Origin: Dehalococcoidia bacterium
GTDB lineage: Bacteria; Chloroflexota; Dehalococcoidia; UBA6926
Assembly (NCBI GenBank): GCA_963666115.2
Contig: CAXXET010000004.1
Span: forward strand, 192,001 to 256,000
Reading direction: 5' to 3'
DNA length: 64,000 nucleotides
The notes under the pieces: model-generated
The model's database searches: none
Told to the model about the DNA's origin: nothing
Seen by the model: the letters and a program-made list of their open reading frames with translations, nothing else
Part shown: positions 49,738 to 58,012 of the stretch, piece after piece
Layout of the letters: each line of letters opens with the position of its first letter
Numbering within the stretch: the stretch's first letter is position 1
Made by a program: the position numbers and the translations under genes

Positions 49738-50505
49738 ATGGGGCCATTCATCGATTCACACACGCACATCGACCAGCACGATCCGGACGAATTGCCCGGT
49801 ATCGTGGCGCGCGCCCAGGACGCCGGCGTTGAAGCGATCATCGCGGCGGGCGTGACAATCGAGTCGTCCGAGCGGTGTGTGCAGTTGGCGCGGGAGTATC
49901 CGGACGTCGTGTGGGCGGGCGTCGGCGTCCACCCGATGGACATCTCCGGCCCGCTTTCGGACGGGGACGTCGACCGCCTGCGTGAACTGGCGCGGATGCC
50001 GGGCGTCGTCTGCATCAGCGAGACCGGGCTTGACTGGGAGCCGGGGAGGCCGGACAGGGCGGCGCAGGAACAGGCTTTCCGTGCACAACTGCGGCTTGCG
50101 GTTGAGCTGGATCTGCCCGTGATTTTTCACAACCGTGAGGCGGGCATGGAGCCGCTGGGGGTCATCCGAGAGGAGGTAGGCGATAAGGTTCCTGCCGTGG
50201 CGCACTATTTCCAGGGGCCGCTCGACTACGCTCTCGCCTGCCTCGACCAGGGCGTCTATCTGTCGTTGGCCAAGCCGCTGCTGAGGCTGCCGGACTTGCA
50301 GGACATCGTTGCGAAACATGCGCCTTTGGAGTCCATCGTCCTCGAAACGGACTCCTACCCGCAGCCTTGGAAGAAGCATCGGAGGAACTGGACAGAGCCG
50401 CGCGACGTGCCGACCGTTGCGGCAAAGGTGGCGGAACTCAAGGGCATCACCGTTCAGGAAGTCGCCGAGTCAACGACGGCCAATATGCGCCGCATCATTT
50501 CCTAA
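49738..50505 (+). CDS. TatD family hydrolase
   Basis: IDSHTH, GVHP, ETGLD, FHNREA, LETDSY. Confidence 0.92.
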   Translation: MGPFIDSHTHIDQHDPDELPGIVARAQDAGVEAIIAAGVTIESSERCVQLAREYPDVVWAGVGVHPMDISGPLSDGDVDRLRELARMPGVVCISETGLDWEPGRPDRAAQEQAFRAQLRLAVELDLPVIFHNREAGMEPLGVIREEVGDKVPAVAHYFQGPLDYALACLDQGVYLSLAKPLLRLPDLQDIVAKHAPLESIVLETDSYPQPWKKHRRNWTEPRDVPTVAAKVAELKGITVQEVAESTTANMRRIIS

Positions 50506-51800
50506 ACCCCCACTGCCGCGTCCCGCTCGCCGCTCTCCGATTCCGAACCCAGCAGCTGGTCCGGCATGGCAGTGCTGCGAAGCGACCGGAATATGAGGAG
50601 GATGACGATGACCAAAACGAGGGTGATTGCGCCCATGATCGCCGTGGCGGTCGGCGCCCCCCACTCCTCCGCCAGCCTGCCAATCATCGTGATCCCCACA
50701 GGCGAGGCTCCCCACGTCGTCGTGCGGATTGCGGACAGCCGCCCTCGCATGGAATCGCTGATGAGGAGTTGCGCCCGCGCGGTGGTGGCCACGAGGCAGG
50801 ACTGGAAGCCGAGACCGGCGAGATAGGCAAAGAGCAGGCTCAACGTCAGTATCTCGGAGAAGCTGAAAGCAATGAGGGCGAGCGAGAAGCCGATCCCGCC
50901 GAACACAATTAGGTTGCGGATGGCGCGGGGGCTGCTAAACGTTGCGAGGACAATGGACCCGGTCATGGAGCCTGCCCCCGCCGCCGCGCCGAGATCACCC
51001 GCCGCCGTCGCGCCCTGGTTGAGGACGTCACGCGCGAAGACGACAAGCTGGGTCTGGTAGGGCGAACCAAAGATGATCGCAGCGCCCGCAACCGTCATCA
51101 GGCCGAGGATGACCTTGTGGCGCCAAATGAAGAGGGCGCCTTCAACCGTGTCCTTCCAGACGATCGCCAGTGTCTTGTTTCCCTCGCGCGAGCCCTGGCG
51201 GATGTCGACGGGCAGGAGGAAGAAGATGGACACGATTGAGAGGCCGGCGGCAGCGCCGAATGCCGCCGCCCCGCCGAATTCGTCAAAGATGCGCCCGCCA
51301 ATGAAGCTGCCGACGAGCATCCCGCCGCTGAACATGATGGAGGACAGCGCGATGCCGTTGGCCATGTTGTCGCGGCTCACGAGGTTCGGCACCACGGCCA
51401 TACGCGACGGGAGAGCAACGGCGAATGCGATGCCAGCGATTACGCTCAGCACGAAGATGCTCCATAGCTCTATTTGGTCGATGGCAAGCAGGACGACGAA
51501 TCCCAGCAAAGCGAGGATCGTTATTATCTCCGTGACAATGAGTATCCACTTGCGGCTGAACCGGTCTGCCAGGACGCCGCCGAAGAGGGAAATCAATGAC
51601 GGCAGCTCGCCCGCAGTCCAGGCGGCGGCGACAAGTTCCGGGGAGTCTGTCATTTCAAGCACGACCCACCCCCGGAAGAGAAGGAGCATCATGTGGGACA
51701 TGATCGCGGCGACGGACGACAGCCAGAACAGGGTATAGTCGCCTGACCGGAAGGATCGCAGCGGGCCGCGGCCAAAGAGGGCTTGCAACAAGAAGACCAT
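50502..51800 (-). CDS. MFS transporter
   Basis: GGVLADRFSRK, multiple TM segments, MRGR. Confidence 0.9.
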   Translation of the reverse strand: MVFLLQALFGRGPLRSFRSGDYTLFWLSSVAAIMSHMMLLLFRGWVVLEMTDSPELVAAAWTAGELPSLISLFGGVLADRFSRKWILIVTEIITILALLGFVVLLAIDQIELWSIFVLSVIAGIAFAVALPSRMAVVPNLVSRDNMANGIALSSIMFSGGMLVGSFIGGRIFDEFGGAAAFGAAAGLSIVSIFFLLPVDIRQGSREGNKTLAIVWKDTVEGALFIWRHKVILGLMTVAGAAIIFGSPYQTQLVVFARDVLNQGATAAGDLGAAAGAGSMTGSIVLATFSSPRAIRNLIVFGGIGFSLALIAFSFSEILTLSLLFAYLAGLGFQSCLVATTARAQLLISDSMRGRLSAIRTTTWGASPVGITMIGRLAEEWGAPTATAIMGAITLVLVIVILLIFRSLRSTAMPDQLLGSESESGERDAAVGV

Positions 51801-51860
51801 TACACCCTCTACAATACGGCATGATAGAGGGGTGGACGGCAGGGAGGCTGAAAGGAGCGG

Positions 51861-52658
51861 ATGGCAATGACAGGTTCATCGGATGTTGTCCTGTACGAGA
51901 AGCGGGATCGAATCGCGTACGTGACGTTGAATCGACCGGAGGCGATGAACGCGCTGAACTCAGCGGTGGGGGCGCGGCTCTATGAAATCTGGAGCGATTT
52001 CCGCGACGATGACGACCTGCTCGTCGCGATTATCACGGGAGAGGGCGGACGGGCGTTTTCCGCCGGCGCAGACCTGAAAGAGGTGAGCGGCAGGCAGGCT
52101 GAGGGGAAATCTCAATTCGAGGAGCGGGGGCCCGGCTCTCGATTCATTCCCGATCTCAATGTCTGGAAGCCGATCATCGCGGCCATTGACGGCTATTGCG
52201 TGGCAGGCGGCCTGGAACTGGCGATGCAATGCGATATCCGCCTCGCAACGGAGAAGTCGCAGTTCGGCCTGCCGGAGCCGCGCTGGAGCATCATGCCCGC
52301 CTACGGCCTGCACCACATGATGCGGATGGTTCCAACAGGCGACGCGCTGCGGATGATGCTCACGGGCAGCCGCATCACGTCCGATAACGCGCTGCGGATC
52401 GGCCTCATCCAGGAGGTGCATCCGGACCGCGACGCGCTGATGGAGGCGGCCCAGGGAATCGCGGAAGAGGTCAAGCTCTGCGCGCCGATGGCCGTGCAGG
52501 CGATCAAGCAGATCGCGTACGTTGGCCGCAGTATGGCGCCGGAGTACTCATACCGGTTCGCGCAGGAGTTGAGCGCGAAGGTGCTGGGCAGCGAGGACGC
52601 GGCGGTTGGGCCTGCGGCGTTCGCGGAGCGGCGCACGCCGGAGTGGAAGGGGCGGTAG
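51861..52658 (+). CDS. Enoyl-CoA hydratase (canonical two-Glu type)
   Basis: TLNRPEAMNA, AFSAGADL, AGGLELA, FGLPE. Confidence 0.92.
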   Translation: MAMTGSSDVVLYEKRDRIAYVTLNRPEAMNALNSAVGARLYEIWSDFRDDDDLLVAIITGEGGRAFSAGADLKEVSGRQAEGKSQFEERGPGSRFIPDLNVWKPIIAAIDGYCVAGGLELAMQCDIRLATEKSQFGLPEPRWSIMPAYGLHHMMRMVPTGDALRMMLTGSRITSDNALRIGLIQEVHPDRDALMEAAQGIAEEVKLCAPMAVQAIKQIAYVGRSMAPEYSYRFAQELSAKVLGSEDAAVGPAAFAERRTPEWKGR

Positions 52659-52660
52659 CC

Positions 52661-53971
52661 CTAACCGGTTCGGCGCGAGGGGTGGGATTCCGGCAGGAGG
52701 ATGCCGATTAGTCCTACTGTGACTGAGACGGGCAGGACGATGAAGAGGGCTGTTGCGAGCGAGCCTGTCCCCTCTTGCAGCACGCCCGCAAGAATCGGGC
52801 CGATGGTGGAGCCGAGAGGGGTGATCGTCCGGATAAGCCCAACCGCCACCGCAACTTCGCGCGGGCGGAACTGCATGTCGAACGGCACTGTCATGATCAT
52901 CGGCACCACCGAGGACGTCATCATCCCTTGCAAGACCAGGAACGGCAACAGCGCCAGCGTCCATGAATCGCCCGACAGGAAACTATCGGGCAGCCACGCT
53001 ATCAGGGGGTTGTCGGGGCCCATTGACAGGATGGTCAGGTAGAGGACGGGCATGATGAATCCCTGGATGAAGATGAACGGCTTTCGCCGCCGCACCCAGT
53101 TGGATAACGGCCCGACGCTGAGCGAGCCAATCGTGCCGCCGATTGGGAACGCGGAGAACAGCAGGCCCACCGTGATCAGCGACAGCCCATGCTCCTCCTG
53201 CGCAAACGTCGGGAAGAACGTCACGAACGTCGCCCACGCCATCGCGCCGCCGAACTGTGTTGAGGCAATGACGAAGAGAATTGGATGCCGCTTGAGCACG
53301 CCCGCCGGGCCGCCCGGCGTCCCGTCGGCCCGCAGCGCGGCGGGCGGCATCTCCGTTGCCGAAGATTGGTACGGACGCTCGCGCCCAACGATGAACCACA
53401 CGATTGCGACGCCGGCATAGACGACAGCAAGAAGCAGGTGGATACCCCGCCACCCGCCAACGTGGGGCATGAGTATCGGCACAAGCCCGATGGCGGCCAA
53501 TTGGCCGATTCCGAAACTCGCGACCGTAATGGAATTGAGCGTGGCGATGCGCGGTCCGCTGAACCACTGCTGGATCAACATCACCTCCGCCTGCGTCCTG
53601 GACACAAGCGCGTACATGAACATCAGCCTCGCCGCCAGCAGTATCCAGTAGTTCGGCGCGATGCCCTGCAAGACCGCGGTAATCGTCATGCCGATAAGCG
53701 CCAGCAAGGTCACGAGGCGCGGGCTGAACCGCGACATCCAGATCGCGGACGGCAGGGAGAGGGTGGTCAGCGCGACGAAGAATGCAGACCCCAGGTAGCC
53801 CTCCTCGACGGGCGTGATGTTGAACTCTTCGCGGATCTCCGGCAGGGTCAGCCCGATCAGGAAGATCATCACCGTGGACGTGCCGTCCACCGCCCACAGG
53901 GCGGACATGACGACCCACCCGGTGCGACGGGTGTAAGCCGGAGACTGTGCGGCGGCCCCGAGGCCGCTCAT
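52661..53971 (-). CDS. MFS transporter
   Basis: About 12 hydrophobic segments; GGWRG; LSNWVRRRKP. Confidence 0.85.
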   Translation of the reverse strand: MSGLGAAAQSPAYTRRTGWVVMSALWAVDGTSTVMIFLIGLTLPEIREEFNITPVEEGYLGSAFFVALTTLSLPSAIWMSRFSPRLVTLLALIGMTITAVLQGIAPNYWILLAARLMFMYALVSRTQAEVMLIQQWFSGPRIATLNSITVASFGIGQLAAIGLVPILMPHVGGWRGIHLLLAVVYAGVAIVWFIVGRERPYQSSATEMPPAALRADGTPGGPAGVLKRHPILFVIASTQFGGAMAWATFVTFFPTFAQEEHGLSLITVGLLFSAFPIGGTIGSLSVGPLSNWVRRRKPFIFIQGFIMPVLYLTILSMGPDNPLIAWLPDSFLSGDSWTLALLPFLVLQGMMTSSVVPMIMTVPFDMQFRPREVAVAVGLIRTITPLGSTIGPILAGVLQEGTGSLATALFIVLPVSVTVGLIGILLPESHPSRRTG

Positions 53972-53978
53972 CGATGAA

Positions 53979-54413
53979 TCACGCAGGCTTGAACTTCACC
54001 AGCGTCCACTCGGGCGTGATGTCGTCATACACCGCGACGACGGGCATGTTCACCTCAACGTCGTGCGGCTCAATGCCGATCACGTTGGAGATCATCCGCG
54101 CCCCCTCGTCCAATTGGATGATCGCGTACACATACGGCACGTCCTCGTTGAACCGCGGATCATTCGGCTGGTAGACGATGGTAAAGGCGTGGACGCGCCC
54201 GCGCCCAGAAACCGGCGCCCATTCAAGGTCGTCGGACAGGCAGGCGGGGCAAAGCTCGCGCGGGTAGAAGAAGAACCTGTCGCACATGCGGCATCGTTGG
54301 ATCACCAGCTCGTGCCGCTTCGTCGCCTCCCAGAACGGCTTGGTGAAGTCCCCCAGCGTTGTGCCGTGCAACCCACCCGGAATCGGCAGCGGCTTTGTAT
54401 ACTCAGTCGTCAT
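53979..54413 (-). CDS. DUF35 Zn-ribbon/OB-fold protein (thiolase partner)
   Basis: PFWEA, QRCRMC..YPRELCPAC, SGRGRV, PYVYAIIQLDEG. Confidence 0.92.
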   Translation of the reverse strand: MTTEYTKPLPIPGGLHGTTLGDFTKPFWEATKRHELVIQRCRMCDRFFFYPRELCPACLSDDLEWAPVSGRGRVHAFTIVYQPNDPRFNEDVPYVYAIIQLDEGARMISNVIGIEPHDVEVNMPVVAVYDDITPEWTLVKFKPA

Positions 54414-54422
54414 CGTTTCATC

Positions 54423-55580
54423 CTAGAGCGCGGCCTCGGACCCGAGGACCAGGGTGGCCATACTGGACACCGTGCCGCCTCAACCGTTCACCAAACACAG
54501 GTCGTTCCGCTCAACCTGCCGAACGCCGCCCCGCCCCATGATCTGCCGCGTCGCCTCGATCACGTGGCGGAACCCGCCCGCGTCGCCGGGCTGCCCGCAT
54601 GAGAGCTGGCCGCCGTCCGTGTTGATCGGAAACTCGCCCTTGTACGTCGTATCCGTTGACGCGAAGAACGGGCCGATGTCGCCCTTGGGCACAAGCCCCG
54701 CGTCCTCAAGGCACACGGCATGAAGGATGGTGTAGCAATCGTAGAACTGCGCGAACTCGATGTCGGACGGCCCGTACCCCGCCATGCCGAGCGCGATGGG
54801 CGCGGAGCGCGTCACCACCGAGCGCGTTAGTCGTTCCCGCTGCCAACCCGACAGCGGGTCGCACGCGATGCCCGCGCCCAGGATGTACACAGGCTTGTTC
54901 TTGAGCGATTTCGCTCTCTCGGCGGACGTGAGAATGATGGCCGACCCGCCCGCGCACGGCATCACGGACTCCAGCAGCCGGATCGGATAGTTGATATACC
55001 GCGAATTGAGCACGTCCTCGATGGTCAGCGGCTGCCCGCGAAACACCGCGTTCTCATTCTCCAGCGCGTTGAAGCGTTGGTTCACGGAGATATTGGCCAA
55101 CTGCTCCTGCGTGGTGCCGTATTCGGCCATGTGGCGGGAGTACATGAGGCCGTAGCCGGTGTTCGCCGCGACGGCGGGGCCGTAAGGGTCTTCAAATTCG
55201 GTTCGCAGCCCCGGCGTGGCAGGACTGCCCCACGGGCTGCCCGCCTGCCGCGCCTCCGACAGCGTGACGAGGACGGTGGTGGCGAGCCCCGAGTAGATGG
55301 CCATCGCCGCGACGGACGTCGCCGTTGCCCCGCTCGCGCCCATCGTGCTGACGCCGGTTACGAAGTTGGGGTTGAGGCCCATGTATTCGCCGATGGGAGC
55401 GGGATAGAAGCTGCCGCCCTCAACGACGAGCCCGTCGATTTCCTCCTTGCGGATGCCCGCGTCGACAATCGCGTCGCGCGTCGCCTCCGCCATCAGCCCC
55501 AGGGCGGTGCGCCCCTCATAGGTGCGGCGCGTCGGCATCTCCGCGAAGCCCACAATCGCCGCTGCGCCTCGCATCGTCAT
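54423..55580 (-). CDS. Thiolase-like (SCP2/Ltp2-type) protein with in-frame TGA at 54480-54482; candidate selenoprotein
   Basis: YDCYT, PINTDGGQLS, GFRHVIEA. The frame continues past TGA as LVNG-*-GGTVSSMATLVLGSEAAL to TAG at 54423, restoring the family's final beta-strand. Confidence 0.8.
54453..54471 (-). promoter_or_regulatory. Candidate bacterial SECIS hairpin (thiolase-like gene)
   Basis: GGTG-T-CCA/GTA/TGG-C-CACC; the loop starts with GU, 16 nt after the TGA. Confidence 0.5.
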
Positions 55581-55689
55581 GACTCACCCCCAATCCACAT
55601 GATACTCACCATGCGCGTTGATGAGACTAGAGTTTACACTGAATAGGGATGCTTGTGCGCCCACATTTCTGTTCACCCGGGTGAGGGAC

Positions 55690-57402
55690 ATGACTCCGTC
55701 TGCCGAATTCGTTGACCTGATCCAGATTCTCGGTGTCGCCACCGTTGCGGCCGTTGCCGCGACGCTGCTGCGACAGCCGATTGTCGTCGCGTTTATCTTT
55801 GTCGGCGTCTTCGTCGGCCCGGCCGGCATCGACATGGTGCCTGCGGATTCTGAGTTCGTTGACCTGTTCGGGCGCGTGGGAATTGCACTGCTGCTCTTCG
55901 TCGTCGGCCTGAAGCTCGATCCCGCGCTCATCCGCACAGCCGGTTTCGTTGCCGTCGTCTCCGGCCTTGGACAAGTGATCATCACGACCATCATCGGTTT
56001 CCTGATTACGTTCATCTTTGGGGTCGATCTCCTGTCGGCGCTTTACATCTCGCTTGCGCTAACGTTCTCGAGCACAGTCATCATCGTGAAGGTTCTCTCC
56101 GACCGGCGCGAGATCGACTCACTCCATGGGCGCATCGCGCTCGGCATCCTGATCGTGCAGGACATTGTCGTCATCGTTGCCCTCACCCTGCTGTCCGGCC
56201 TCGAAGGGGCGGAGAGCGCCGAGTCGACCCTCCAGCAGTTGGGGCTGAGCGTGCTGCGCGGGGCGGCGCTTGTCGCAGCCATGATCATCATGGCGCGATT
56301 CCTTCTCCCGCTCATCGAGCCGCGCCTGCTCACAACGCCTGAAGTGCTGGTTCTGGGCGGCATCGCGTGGGCCGTGCTCATGGCGGCAGGCGCAACGTGG
56401 GCGGGATTCAGCCCAGAGATGGGCGCGTTCGTCGCAGGCATCGTGCTAGCGACCAAGAGGCCGCGCCAACTGGTGGCCGCCCGCCTCACCACCGTTCGAG
56501 ACTTCCTCCTGCTCTTCTTCTTCGTGAGCCTGGGAGTTCACCTACACCTTTCCGATTTGCAGGACCAACTCCTGGGCGCGATTGGGCTTTCACTCTTCGT
56601 GCTGGTGGGCAACCCGCTTATCGTCATGGGCATCGCCATTGCAATGGGTTTCCGCGCCCGCACGGGCCTAGTTGCCGGAATGGCGCTCGCCCAGATCAGC
56701 GAATTCTCCTTCATCCTGATGGCGCTGGGGTTGGATCTGGGCCACGTGGACGAATCCAGCCTTGCCCTCGTCACGCTGGTCGGGCTGATCACGTTCGCCG
56801 CGTCCACGTACATGATCACGTACGCCAACCAGATATACAGGTTCTTGCAGCCCGTGATGAGCAAAATCGAACGCCCCGTCGCGCATCGGGAAGATGAAAT
56901 CATCGATGAGGCGGATCAGCCCGTCCAGGTTCTTGTTTTCGGAACGGGGAGGCTGGGCACCGTCATCCTCTCGCGGCTGCGCGAGATTGGCGTTGAGGCG
57001 ATGGGCGTCGATTTCGACCCCGTCGCCGTGCGGCGTCTACAGGAACTCGGATTCCACATGAGATTCGCGGATGTTGAAGCCCCGGAATTCCTGCAAGGGC
57101 TGCCCCTGTCGTCGGCGCAGATGGCGGTGTCAACTATTCGCGCGCCCGATATCGAGGTGGGACTCGTCGAGGCGCTGCGGGACAACAACTTCCGCCGCCC
57201 CGTCCTCCTGACCAGCCAATCGGCCGCGACGGCCCATCGCCTTGAAGACCTGGGCGCGACGCTTGTGCTGCTGCCGTTTGAAGCCGCGGGCGAGCGGGCA
57301 TCGGAGATGATCGAGGAAACGCTGCGCGATCCGACGTACCTGGAACGCGCCCGCTCCAGCCCGCGCGCTCCGGTGGAGGATGAGTCGCTGGAGGAGCAGT
57401 AG
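55690..57402 (+). CDS. Cation:proton antiporter (CPA2/Kef-like) with TrkA-N domain
   Basis: LLLFVVGLKL, FSSTVIIVK, LIVQD, QISEFSF, GTGRLG. Confidence 0.92.
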   Translation: MTPSAEFVDLIQILGVATVAAVAATLLRQPIVVAFIFVGVFVGPAGIDMVPADSEFVDLFGRVGIALLLFVVGLKLDPALIRTAGFVAVVSGLGQVIITTIIGFLITFIFGVDLLSALYISLALTFSSTVIIVKVLSDRREIDSLHGRIALGILIVQDIVVIVALTLLSGLEGAESAESTLQQLGLSVLRGAALVAAMIIMARFLLPLIEPRLLTTPEVLVLGGIAWAVLMAAGATWAGFSPEMGAFVAGIVLATKRPRQLVAARLTTVRDFLLLFFFVSLGVHLHLSDLQDQLLGAIGLSLFVLVGNPLIVMGIAIAMGFRARTGLVAGMALAQISEFSFILMALGLDLGHVDESSLALVTLVGLITFAASTYMITYANQIYRFLQPVMSKIERPVAHREDEIIDEADQPVQVLVFGTGRLGTVILSRLREIGVEAMGVDFDPVAVRRLQELGFHMRFADVEAPEFLQGLPLSSAQMAVSTIRAPDIEVGLVEALRDNNFRRPVLLTSQSAATAHRLEDLGATLVLLPFEAAGERASEMIEETLRDPTYLERARSSPRAPVEDESLEEQ

Positions 57403-57409
57403 CTGCCGT

Positions 57410-58012
57410 CTAGTCGATGACGCCGATGCGCGGGCGCAGGCCGCGCTCCCGGCGTGTCAGCCGGAATCCGGCGCGGGACTCCGTTCGGTCGCGCTGTTTC
57501 GCGGCATCCGCCCACCCCTCATGGGCGAGGAGGCGTTCCTTGACGGCCAGCCCGCCGCCGAATCCGGTAAGGGCGCCGTCCGCGCCCACGACGCGATGTC
57601 AAGGGACGACGACGCCGAGCGGGTTGGCGCCAACCGCCTGCCCGATGGCGCGCGCCGCCTTTGGCCTGCCGATGGCGTGCGCCACGTCACCGTATGTCCA
57701 CACCTTGCCGGCGGGAATCTCGGTGAGGGTCTGCCAAACGGCGCGCTGGAAGTCCGTTCCGCCGTCCATGTCCAGCGGGCCCGAGAGATCCATCTCCTCC
57801 CCGTTCGTGTAGCGCGCCAGCGCGTCCGCCCAGTGGTTGAGAACCTCATTGGCAGGATCGTCATGGAGGAGGCCGGGGATGTCCGCGCGCTCCTGCTCGA
57901 TGAGCGCCCGATCATCATGCGGCCCCAGGACGGCTTTCAGACCCTTTGGCGAGGCGATAAGGCCGAGGAATCCGAGCGGCGTCGAAATAACCCTGTGACC
58001 GTTAGCGTGCAT
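57410..58012 (-). CDS. ogt: O6-methylguanine-DNA methyltransferase with TGA (putative Sec) at the active-site Cys
   Basis: [57 protein letters not shown]; frame open to TAG at 57410. Confidence 0.9.
57571..57587 (-). promoter_or_regulatory. Candidate bacterial SECIS hairpin (ogt)
   Basis: GGGCGC-GGACG-GCGCCC; the stem starts 11 nt after the TGA and the loop begins with G. Confidence 0.65.

Noticed and set aside
54480-57601. Genome-wide TGA reassignment (Trp/Gly) as the explanation of the two in-frame TGAs
   Set aside because: Conserved genes end properly at TGA (glmS after KSVTVE, the epimerase, the PBP) and Trp is encoded by TGG throughout.
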